From positions 32,001-96,000 of the forward strand of contig DXJO01000046.1 in NCBI GenBank assembly GCA_019057475.1: 64,000 nt of DNA. The letters run 5' to 3'. The notes under the pieces are model-generated. The model was not told where the DNA came from. It did no database searches and was given only the letters and a program-made list of their open reading frames with translations. Positions within the stretch are counted from its first letter, which is position 1. Each line of letters begins with the position of its first letter. Origin of the DNA: Candidatus Thorarchaeota archaeon (lineage in GTDB: Archaea > Asgardarchaeota > Thorarchaeia > Thorarchaeales > Thorarchaeaceae). The translations under genes and the position numbers were made by a program. Below are positions 9,928 to 18,696 of the stretch, piece by piece.

Positions 9928-11234
9928 CTGGATTCCTCCTTCGAAATCGTATCCAGAGTGAGCTTCTCCCCACTGCGTCCAACTGTAATCTCAAGAGCAC
10001 GTACTGCAATTCGAGTTAGTGTTTCAGGGTCGTACTTCTCGTCGAGTGATAGCGTTTCTAGATAAGTCTTGAAATCCTCCTCGGGATCTTCGATAAGATA
10101 CTCGGATTCGATCTCAGGGTATGCTGCTTCATCATGGTCGGTTTCGCGATGCCTTATTGTCCATACAAGCTGTACGATGTTGTACTCGGAGTCCTGTGAT
10201 AAGACCTTCATGCGAAATGATTCCATTGCGAGGCTAAGGTCGAACCCACTGATTCTCGAAGACCCACCTTTGAAGACTAGTCGCACTCGTGCGGCAGTAG
10301 CCGAATCCCACTGTCCCTTCAGATTCTTCTCGTCGAACAATGATTCCATCCTTTGAACGATTGATTCAACTGTATCATCGGCCTCTATTGCAATCTTCTC
10401 GGTGTAAACAGGCCGTGCAAAATCAATGTGGTGCGGAGTGACTATCGGAGCCGTTCCACGCTCAATGTCAACTACAAGGAATCCTTTCTCATGTCGAATT
10501 TCATCAAACCTCCACCGCTCTGGAGAACCAGCGTACCACGCATTCTTTGCATGCTTGTGCTGATGGTGGTCGTGACCTAATGCGATGTAGTCATATCCCA
10601 TGCTGAAGATGGCTGGTTGAAGGCTACGATCAAGGTCCATTCCGTGTGCCACTGCAATAGATGGACGGTCAGAATCCGGAAGCTGGTGGGTTGTGATCCA
10701 GTCGTTGAAGGTGGTTACTGCGCCAGCAGATTCGAGAACGTTGTACTCAATGAAAGGAAAACAATAGACATTCAGTTTCTCGTATGAACGCACGAGTGGT
10801 TTTCCTTCCCGGAGTGCAAGTTTCAGCTCCTGTTGGGTCGCCACATCCAGACCGGGAATTGCCATCTTCAAGCTATCAAGAAATGACACCTCAAGATTCC
10901 GGTATATGCCATGATTGCCCTCCAGTATCAGAACAGGAATGCTGGTTTTCTCAATGAATTTCTTCAGCACAGTAATGACTGTTTCTCTCGCAACAACAGG
11001 AGGTTGAGTGGGGTTGTACTCCCAAGGTTGATCATAGAGGTCCCCAGAATGAACCACGATATCAACTGGCGGATCGAGCTCGGCTATCCTGGTAAACAGC
11101 TCTGAGAAACGCTCGTAGAAGTCGTTCTCGAGGACTCTGGTGCGCATCTCAACTGCCCAGACATTATGTCTCACACCTTCCCGGGGCTTCGTGCCAAGAT
11201 GGGTGTCAGAAATATGCGCAACTCTTACAGTCAT
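9924..11234 (-). CDS. mre11: Mre11/SbcD nuclease
   Basis: Phosphoesterase motifs DTHLG, GDLYD, GNH, AHG, GHDH, YAGSPER; operon context. Confidence 0.9.
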   Translation of the reverse strand: MTVRVAHISDTHLGTKPREGVRHNVWAVEMRTRVLENDFYERFSELFTRIAELDPPVDIVVHSGDLYDQPWEYNPTQPPVVARETVITVLKKFIEKTSIPVLILEGNHGIYRNLEVSFLDSLKMAIPGLDVATQQELKLALREGKPLVRSYEKLNVYCFPFIEYNVLESAGAVTTFNDWITTHQLPDSDRPSIAVAHGMDLDRSLQPAIFSMGYDYIALGHDHHQHKHAKNAWYAGSPERWRFDEIRHEKGFLVVDIERGTAPIVTPHHIDFARPVYTEKIAIEADDTVESIVQRMESLFDEKNLKGQWDSATAARVRLVFKGGSSRISGFDLSLAMESFRMKVLSQDSEYNIVQLVWTIRHRETDHDEAAYPEIESEYLIEDPEEDFKTYLETLSLDEKYDPETLTRIAVRALEITVGRSGEKLTLDTISKEESR

Positions 11235-11245
11235 CGCTCTATTCC

Positions 11246-13018
11246 TCAGAGAATGTGTTTCTCACGCTTCTTGCTGGACCTCTTACTCTTGTACTTGTCC
11301 TTATCGCGTTCGAAGATAGTATCAAACAACGGAATCTTGACAGGTAATGGCAGCTCTCGATATGAGGCTGTCAGCAATGCCTCTCCTCGTGACATCACTC
11401 GGAACTCATTCTCAAATCCAGAGATGTTGACACTTGCGTTATCGATGCATGACCTAATCTCACGTTCATTTCCCATCCGCAGGTTAATTTCCGTGTTCAT
11501 CTGACTGAGAATCACATTGTCAAGTACGCTCACTTGTTGACTTACAACCAGGAGTCCGATATTGAACTTCCGTCCTTGCCTTGAGATATCCTTGAATACC
11601 GACCGTCCCTTCATGAGTTCTGGATTGAGGATTGAAGGAGCTTCCTCTACTGTAATCTGAATGACCGGTAAATTACGCGGATCTTTCACCTCAGCAGAGT
11701 CACTTGTCCCTCCACGCCCATAGAAACCCCGGGCCATTTTCTTGACTCGATTGAAGAAGGGATTTGGTAGTCGCATCTTACCTTGCGTTTCGAAATCTCC
11801 TAGGTTACCACTACTCTTCACAGCTCGCCTCATGTCAGACAAGGTCCGGGTAACCACGGTTGTCAGGAGGAATTGCTCAGTGTCACTCATCAGGCTTGTA
11901 TTCACGACTAGAACACGGCCAGTTTCCATCGCCTCATAGATGGCATCAAGAACCGATGTCCCGTCCTTGATGAATATTGGAGAACGCTCCAGGAATCGGA
12001 GCCTCCGCTGGACCGCTTTCATTGTCCCCTTGGGTGTAGACGTCCCCTCAGGTTCGTCCTTCATTTCAAGTATCTCAGCGATCCAGTTCTGGTGCTTGGA
12101 CGCATACGTGGCATCAATGAATGAGTTCATCTGGGGGGTGAATTCAGTGATAGAGTACAAATCCCGAGGTTGAATCTCATCCCACTTAATCCTGATTTCC
12201 TTGGCGTACTTCTTTACCTCCCGCGGCGTGGCTCTCAAGTGGGTTGTCAGGTAGTAGAAGGTTCCCAAAACCTCTGATCTAATCGTCGGACTCATGGCTT
12301 CGACTATGTGGTGGATTCCGTATTTGTCTACACCCTTAGCGAATTCATCATGCGGGTCGATACAGAAGGCAGATATCCGAAGCACGTCGCTATCAGGATT
12401 TGTGCTAGCCTCGATATTGGTGTCAATCAATGACTTGATGAGAACCATCATGAGATTGCTCTTTCCAGATCCTGTTGAACCAAATATCCCAACGTGCATG
12501 GGCAGGAACTTGGAAGGAATCATCACAGGCACATCAAGAGTTGCTTCGCCTACTTGGAGGTCTCCGACATACATCTCACCGTCGGTCTGAGATTCAAGCA
12601 TCATCCGGACTACTGAGTCTGATATTCCGCGCACTGGTCTGTAGACAGACGCAAGATGATCGGGCAACCGGCGTGGAGAACGAAACACCCACTCATTATC
12701 AATTTGCTCTGCGTAGCCAAGCATTCGGCCCTGCACGTCCAGAAGCATGTTGCGTTCGATTCCAGAGAGATACGCGTCGCCTTCCACCATGAGTGTGCCA
12801 GCAACGCGGCTCATGTCATCTACTTGTCTCAGATAGTTTTGGAGGCCTAGAACCCGGAAGAAAAAGACCCTTTCATGACCATCACGCTCGGAAGTGATCA
12901 TGAATATCTCGCCTACACTAATGTCGCGATTGTTTCCCATTATCTCTAGGTTAGTCTGGTTACCCACACCGACTTTTCCGAATAGCTCGCCTAGGTTGTC
13001 TTTGTTGAACACCATCAT
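11246..13018 (-). CDS. herA: HerA bipolar helicase/translocase
   Basis: HAS-barrel-like N-terminus, GSTGSGKSN, DPHDE, VEEAP, RQGRKF, SQQ. Confidence 0.9.
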   Translation of the reverse strand: MMVFNKDNLGELFGKVGVGNQTNLEIMGNNRDISVGEIFMITSERDGHERVFFFRVLGLQNYLRQVDDMSRVAGTLMVEGDAYLSGIERNMLLDVQGRMLGYAEQIDNEWVFRSPRRLPDHLASVYRPVRGISDSVVRMMLESQTDGEMYVGDLQVGEATLDVPVMIPSKFLPMHVGIFGSTGSGKSNLMMVLIKSLIDTNIEASTNPDSDVLRISAFCIDPHDEFAKGVDKYGIHHIVEAMSPTIRSEVLGTFYYLTTHLRATPREVKKYAKEIRIKWDEIQPRDLYSITEFTPQMNSFIDATYASKHQNWIAEILEMKDEPEGTSTPKGTMKAVQRRLRFLERSPIFIKDGTSVLDAIYEAMETGRVLVVNTSLMSDTEQFLLTTVVTRTLSDMRRAVKSSGNLGDFETQGKMRLPNPFFNRVKKMARGFYGRGGTSDSAEVKDPRNLPVIQITVEEAPSILNPELMKGRSVFKDISRQGRKFNIGLLVVSQQVSVLDNVILSQMNTEINLRMGNEREIRSCIDNASVNISGFENEFRVMSRGEALLTASYRELPLPVKIPLFDTIFERDKDKYKSKRSSKKREKHIL

Positions 13019-13031
13019 CTATCATCTCATG

Positions 13032-14327
13032 TCAAAGGTTGTAGTCTTCCCGAAGAGGAAGTGCCCTCCGGGGGTCGTGATTAGTTGCACGCAGTACGTC
13101 CCGGTATACTTCACGTGCTAGCCCAAGGTCCTCATAACTGAGCTTACATGCCTCGTGGGCGAGAGCTAATGCCACAGGATAGCCATACCATCTTGCGTCC
13201 CTAGACATGAACTCTAGGTCACGAAAGATCTGTTTCTCATTCGCCCTTGTTGCCGCGGGGTCGCCACGTACGAAGATGTTCTTGAGCCACCAAACCCGAT
13301 CGAAATCGATTCGCGAAGGCCTGTTGTCTCGTGAGAAGCTAAACAGGTATGGCACCGCAAGCTTTGGCGGTAGGTACGTTCTGTCACTGATGATGTGGAG
13401 CCCTCCATTCGGATCGTTCTTTGATGGTAGCAAACAGAACCATTTCGCCTTCGCGCCGAATATGTCTTCTGCCATTTTCGCAATCCTATGTGCAAATGGT
13501 ATTGTGTGATTCTTGCTCACAGCACAGAGAATGGCTTCTTTGTTCCGTGCCAGAGCACAGAGCTCTCTCAGCATGAATCCGCTCGGCATCGAGGGATACT
13601 TGAGAACATGGTGTATGAAGATACTCATTGCACCATCGATAAGGATGAACTTCGGCTTGAACTTGCTAGTCAGCACTTTTCTGATAGCGGCATATTCTGA
13701 CACCGTTCTGAGTTCATCATGGACCACGGGGTTGGTGAGGTATCCGGCCCTTGATATGAGGGAAACCATGTTCTCCAGTTTGGATTTGTAGCGGGCAAAG
13801 TCAGTGCTATCCAAGTCAGAGAACGATTTCACTTGAGGCCCCAAATTATCTCGGAAGAATTGTGTCACGAAGTCAGTTGAATCCTTGTTGGGATAGATGT
13901 TCGTCAAACTGTCGGCCATCTTGTTCTTTGCATCGTGACGTACACCGGAGTGCCAATGCATATCGAGAGAGGGCTGTGCTCCAAGTTCAGATTCCAAAGC
14001 CGCTCGTTCCATTATCGAAAATGGGGGACCTTTCTGTGTGTTAGTGTCAAGTATCACGGTTGCAGTGCTTAGCAGGTGGATGCGAATGTCATCCAGCGTG
14101 CCAAAGTTCTCAGTCCCAGATCCGTCAACAGCTGCAACGAGGAAGTCCTCATCGAGTACAATATCAGCGGAGTAAGACTCCACTGTATCCAGGAGGTCCT
14201 CCTTGATTCTCACCTCGTCTTTTGCGAACTCTTCTTCATCTCGACGGTCTTGTTGGTTCCGAATGTCTTCAAGAACCGTTTTCAATAGTTTCCTGAACTT
14301 ATCGGTGAGTATCTTCTCGAGCATCAA
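13032..14327 (-). CDS. nurA: NurA 5'-3' nuclease
   Basis: AVDGS, LIDG, VSK, GYPVALALAH motifs; first gene of the operon. Confidence 0.88.
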   Translation of the reverse strand: MMLEKILTDKFRKLLKTVLEDIRNQQDRRDEEEFAKDEVRIKEDLLDTVESYSADIVLDEDFLVAAVDGSGTENFGTLDDIRIHLLSTATVILDTNTQKGPPFSIMERAALESELGAQPSLDMHWHSGVRHDAKNKMADSLTNIYPNKDSTDFVTQFFRDNLGPQVKSFSDLDSTDFARYKSKLENMVSLISRAGYLTNPVVHDELRTVSEYAAIRKVLTSKFKPKFILIDGAMSIFIHHVLKYPSMPSGFMLRELCALARNKEAILCAVSKNHTIPFAHRIAKMAEDIFGAKAKWFCLLPSKNDPNGGLHIISDRTYLPPKLAVPYLFSFSRDNRPSRIDFDRVWWLKNIFVRGDPAATRANEKQIFRDLEFMSRDARWYGYPVALALAHEACKLSYEDLGLAREVYRDVLRATNHDPRRALPLREDYNL

Positions 14328-14572
14328 ACCCCTCTTTTCAGATTAGCAAACAAGCATTCAAACGACTGCCACCGTTCAGTGTGGATGCAATCATAAAAAG
14401 ATAGCACTCGGAACGCATGAGTCAATGATGGCAATACCTGCGTAATATCACCAGTAGTAAATACTGAAATCTGCTTGTGCGAAATTATCTTTTAAGGACA
14501 CACCACAACGAGTCCTCTGTAGCAAGTATTCTGACTAAATGGTAACTTAGCGAAGCGACGGGAAGTGCTTGA

Positions 14573-15268
14573 TTGCTGAAACTCACATACTTCGGCCACA
14601 CTACATTCGTACTGGAGTCAAAGGACGTCACACTCCTGCTGAACCCAGGGATTTGGAATGGCGAACCCGTTGTACCTGTAGACGTTGACGTGAGAATCAT
14701 TGTGGCGACAAACCGTGACGATGACTCTGTGGGAAATGCCGCTGAAATTGCGGCCAACGCCAAGGCTTGGTTCCTGGGAAACGAGGAAACAGTCGAGAAG
14801 GTCAGATCTCAGGGCGGGAAATCTTGGTTGCTTCATACACTCAAGGTTGAAGGAACCTATGAAATCCCTGGCCTGAAGATTAGTGCATACCCCCTTCAGA
14901 AGAAGGACCCCACGTCTGGTGAGAGGTACGAGAACCTTGGACTCTACATCGAGATGGGCGGCATGAAGGTCGGCTATCTTGGTGATAGTGCAGTGCAAGG
15001 CCCATTCGGTGAATTCGAGATGGATGTTCTCATTGTTCCAATAGGGGGCGGAGAGGTGTTTGAGGTGAAAGACGCAGTCAGTCTGTGCTTGGACGCCAAA
15101 CCCAGGATTGGTATCCCTGTAAGGTGGACTTCGCCAGATCAACCATCGAACTTCGCGAAGTATGTATCCCAATTCGGACAAGGAGTCATACCCGTAGTCA
15201 TGGAGCACGACCAAGTCTTAGAGATTCACTGGGCTGCGGGCAACGAGTTTAGACATACACTATCCTAG
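14573..15268 (+). CDS. MBL-fold (UPF0173/UlaG-like) protein, metal site degenerate
   Basis: LTYFGHTT, GYLGDS, VLIVPIGG, GIPVRW scaffold motifs; HxHxDH replaced by NRDDDS. Confidence 0.75.
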   Translation: MLKLTYFGHTTFVLESKDVTLLLNPGIWNGEPVVPVDVDVRIIVATNRDDDSVGNAAEIAANAKAWFLGNEETVEKVRSQGGKSWLLHTLKVEGTYEIPGLKISAYPLQKKDPTSGERYENLGLYIEMGGMKVGYLGDSAVQGPFGEFEMDVLIVPIGGGEVFEVKDAVSLCLDAKPRIGIPVRWTSPDQPSNFAKYVSQFGQGVIPVVMEHDQVLEIHWAAGNEFRHTLS

Positions 15269-15328
15269 TCCATTCGCTGAGCTGCTCTTTGAGCAGAATA
15301 CGCACTCGAGAGGTTAAGAGAAAGATAA

Positions 15329-17119
15329 GTGGGTGAGCCGCGATTGAGCGAGCACAAAATTGTAAACATTGACTTGGAAGAAAGCGAAAACGTCACACTA
15401 GGCGGAAGAAGTGGCCTTGACCATATAGACGTTTCAGGCGTTCTAAAAGTGACCAACCCATCGGATCGATGTAGGATATGGAACGTCAAGGTCCACCTAG
15501 GTGAAACTGGAAAAGGCACTGGCCTTCGGAAGAAAACGCTTCCTGGGGGAGAGATTGATGCCGGCGGAAAGTGGGAAACATATTACACGGTTGGTGTAAA
15601 AGCCCCACTCCTCGCACTCACTGAGGCTTATGATACGTGTAGCAGTGTTGAAACCGAAGAACCGCACTGGGCTTATGTCTTTGGCGCGGATAATCCGATC
15701 AGGATGACAATCCAGTTGAAGAATAACTCAGGCGGACAGATTGACAACATCATATTGAACAAGACTGTTCCTCCAGAGCTCTCCGAGGTCACCATCGAGA
15801 GCGCGTCATCAGGAGTGGCTGAGTTTGATGAAGGTACCAGTCAAATTATGTGGAAAGATTTCATGATCTACCCTGAGGAAAGCTCCACTCTGGTTGTGAC
15901 TGCGATTGGTAAGGTTGACGACGTCAAGTCGAAAGTCGCGGGTGAAATAGTTGTGACCTATAGAGCTGAGGAACAACAACGCTCGGAACTAGATCCGGAT
16001 ATGACCGCCTTGACAGAATTTCTCACCGGAATCGAGAACGCTGAAACCGAGCCAAATCATTGGGAATGCACACTTGAGTGCTCCAATGAGAGCGATTTAA
16101 TGATAAGACTTGACAAGGCAGCGGTGTTCCTAGTTCCAGAGGGCGGCGGTAAGAAAGAACTAAAGATAGACGAGAGTCCTGCGTTCGAAATGGCGCCCGA
16201 TCAGGATTGGAGCGCAAAGTTTGACATTGAGAGCAAGTCGCCGCCAAAATGCAGCCAGGATGTCGTATATACCCCCGTGGGAATTGTTACAAAAAGAGTG
16301 CTAGGAACAATCGAGAAGACTGCACAGATTATCCCAGTAGCAAGAATCGGCTACACGAAAGTCTTCGAACCTCCTGCTGTGGACAGCTTTGATAAAACAC
16401 CCGTTGAGGTCACAGTTGAAATCACCAACAGTGGCTCTGCGAAGTTGAACGAGATTCTTGTGGAAGATAGCCTTCCTGATGATGTCATGCCACCTCTAGA
16501 GGAGCATATCTCCGTTTGGATTCGCGGAAAGAAGTATACTGGCGACTTTGAGTTTATCAAAAAACCGAATAACCAAAACCCGGAGAACGCACATAAGCTC
16601 ACGTTTAGGATTAGTAATCTCAAGGATTCTGTGGGAGAACTTGCGCCTGGCGAGAGTGTGAAGATCAACTATGCCATAATGGCATGGAAGAGTAGGCCTG
16701 AGAAGGAGTATCCCAGCCCAATACTATGCTCTGCCAATACGCACATAGCAGGATTACTGGCTACAGTGCTAGGCGAAGACCACAGGCTAGAGGTCATATA
16801 CAAGAAGAGGCGTATCTCGACGAAGAAGGCGATAAACAAGGGTGCGGACGTCGGGGAGTATGTCGTTGTGCTCGTTGTTGAGAATCGAGGCGAGGTTACT
16901 GCGGAGAACGTGGTCGTAACAGATTGGATACCACCCGGTTTTGAATATGTGTCAGTGGACCCTGAGGAATTAGTACCAAAGGTAAAACCAGCCCGCAAAG
17001 GCAGCAATGTCGTGTGGACCTTCACCCGGATGAACCCTGGCGAGAAGAAGAGAATCAGATTGTCTGTAAGCGGTGAAGGTGAATATGAGCGCCGTGAGCC
17101 ACAAGTGACATCTGACTAA
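15329..17119 (+). CDS. Cytosolic beta-sandwich protein: putative mu-homology-like domain plus two DUF11-like Ig domains
   Basis: Repeated V-x-N-x-G...V-x-V-x-D-x-(L/I)P...PGE Ig motifs; N-terminal half resembles an MHD; no signal peptide or TM helix. Confidence 0.55.
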   Translation: MGEPRLSEHKIVNIDLEESENVTLGGRSGLDHIDVSGVLKVTNPSDRCRIWNVKVHLGETGKGTGLRKKTLPGGEIDAGGKWETYYTVGVKAPLLALTEAYDTCSSVETEEPHWAYVFGADNPIRMTIQLKNNSGGQIDNIILNKTVPPELSEVTIESASSGVAEFDEGTSQIMWKDFMIYPEESSTLVVTAIGKVDDVKSKVAGEIVVTYRAEEQQRSELDPDMTALTEFLTGIENAETEPNHWECTLECSNESDLMIRLDKAAVFLVPEGGGKKELKIDESPAFEMAPDQDWSAKFDIESKSPPKCSQDVVYTPVGIVTKRVLGTIEKTAQIIPVARIGYTKVFEPPAVDSFDKTPVEVTVEITNSGSAKLNEILVEDSLPDDVMPPLEEHISVWIRGKKYTGDFEFIKKPNNQNPENAHKLTFRISNLKDSVGELAPGESVKINYAIMAWKSRPEKEYPSPILCSANTHIAGLLATVLGEDHRLEVIYKKRRISTKKAINKGADVGEYVVVLVVENRGEVTAENVVVTDWIPPGFEYVSVDPEELVPKVKPARKGSNVVWTFTRMNPGEKKRIRLSVSGEGEYERREPQVTSD

Positions 17120-17141
17120 TCGATCACGTGCACCCCATCAA

Positions 17142-17169
17142 CAGGTTGGGGGCTAGATTCCCCCACCTG
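17142..17169. terminator. GC-rich hairpin between convergent genes
   Basis: CAGGT-T-GGGGG / CCCCC-ACCTG inverted repeat with a 7-nt loop. Confidence 0.45.
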
Positions 17170-17185
17170 CTTCTCAATTCTACGT

Positions 17186-17527
17186 CTACCTGCGATCATC
17201 CTCAAGACTGCGAATTTCCTTTCGTGTTGAATCCAGAAATTCATCAATGTCCTGCAATAGTGTATGGTCCACATCTTCTGCACGTTGCGTATCAAGCGCA
17301 TACAGAACCTTGAATCCCTTCAGTGTTGCATGGATGGCGTTCGAAATCTCAAGAATCGCACTACTCAAATCTCGGCTATCCATTTCGTCTTTTCCATGCT
17401 CATACACAAAGTCGTAAGCACCTCTCACTGCCTTGAATCCAAGTTCAAGCAACTTTTGCATAACTAAAGAAGGAGATGCACCTTCACTATAGAACCAAAC
17501 TGAAACACGTGTCACATAGCGTGTCAT
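17186..17527 (-). CDS. Conserved archaeal hypothetical protein
   Basis: F-x-SEGASP...LGF...GAYDF pattern; directly downstream of RaSEA; start refined to MTRYV. Confidence 0.65.
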   Translation of the reverse strand: MTRYVTRVSVWFYSEGASPSLVMQKLLELGFKAVRGAYDFVYEHGKDEMDSRDLSSAILEISNAIHATLKGFKVLYALDTQRAEDVDHTLLQDIDEFLDSTRKEIRSLEDDRR

Positions 17528-17577
17528 GGACAAGAACCCCAACCTTTTGGAACGAAGTCATTGGCATTCGGTTTGCT

Positions 17578-18690
17578 TTAAGCCTTTCCGACTGGCTTCC
17601 TGCGACTGCGTGAGTGGATGAGCAAAGAGATATCCTCGTGATTGAGGACATGATGCCACTGACGCTTACAGTCACAATCCAGTGAGTCAAACACAGAAAC
17701 GTCTTGATGAATTGAGAACTCTCGGATGGCGCTTGTTATGGATTCATCACAAGAACCACAGTTGTGTGCGCCACGAGGCTTCCCTGCGGCAACAGGGTCA
17801 CACAAGATGTTGACCGAGCTCCCTACTTCGTCCCAGGCATCTCTTAGGACACTCAGAACGGTCCACAACCAAGGAGGTCTATACTGTTCTTTCAACCAGA
17901 GGCGCTCAACGAGCGTATACTTCTGGATATTGATAGGATTCATAGAAACCGTTGACACACCCAACTTGGCGGCGTCTTCAATGGTTTTGACTGCATCTAG
18001 GAGAGCGTCCCTCTCCGTTAGAAAGGGAGGCTTCAAGAGAACATAAGCGCGCACTCCAATATCGTATTCCTTGGCGGTTGCTACAGAGTCCTTGAAGGTG
18101 CCAAGACTGAATCCCTTATTGATACAGATTGACCGAACAGCATCATTTGAGCTCTCAAGACCAATCCCAAGTTCTACTCTACGAGACCCCAGGATGTCGC
18201 GCGTTTCACGCATAATCTCGGGTGTGACATATTCAGGTCGGGACTCAATGACAACTTCTTGAATCCGATCGTCCTTAGCAATTCGGGCGAGTATCTTAGC
18301 CCGAACATCAGCTGGTATCTCGGTAGTGTCTAAGAAGCTCCCGCTCGTATAGATCTTTACAGAAAGAGGCGTCGATTCATCAGCCAAATCTGAGAGAGCA
18401 GCATCAAACTGCTGTAGCAGTTCATCAGTGGTCGCACTGCGTTCATCGCCATCTAACAGGTAGCTGCACATCGTGCAACCCCCCGAATCACCGCGGGCAT
18501 GAGAACACCCAACCGTTCCCAATACGACCGCCAGTGCCATGCCAACCTCGTTTCCAATCCTTGCAGGTGCAATCCATTTGGCTGAAGGTCTTGTGGGGTC
18601 TCGTCTACGTCGCTTTGTTACTGATGTACCACGAGCTTTGATTGTTGAATCTACAACGAGGTGTTCAAGCTGGTCAATGATATCGCTCAT
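17578..18690 (-). CDS. raSEA: Archaeosine biosynthesis radical SAM enzyme RaSEA (TIGR01210-like)
   Basis: GCSHARGDSGGCTMC, KIYTSGSFLD, ESRPE, YRPPWLW, RGAHNCG; adjacent to arcS. Confidence 0.9.
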   Translation of the reverse strand: MSDIIDQLEHLVVDSTIKARGTSVTKRRRRDPTRPSAKWIAPARIGNEVGMALAVVLGTVGCSHARGDSGGCTMCSYLLDGDERSATTDELLQQFDAALSDLADESTPLSVKIYTSGSFLDTTEIPADVRAKILARIAKDDRIQEVVIESRPEYVTPEIMRETRDILGSRRVELGIGLESSNDAVRSICINKGFSLGTFKDSVATAKEYDIGVRAYVLLKPPFLTERDALLDAVKTIEDAAKLGVSTVSMNPINIQKYTLVERLWLKEQYRPPWLWTVLSVLRDAWDEVGSSVNILCDPVAAGKPRGAHNCGSCDESITSAIREFSIHQDVSVFDSLDCDCKRQWHHVLNHEDISLLIHSRSRRKPVGKA

Positions 18691-18696
18691 TTCGTG

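Noticed and set aside
14425-14467. ATGATGG...CTGA, possible second C/D sRNA
   Set aside because: Imperfect C box, no C'/D' pair, no terminal stem
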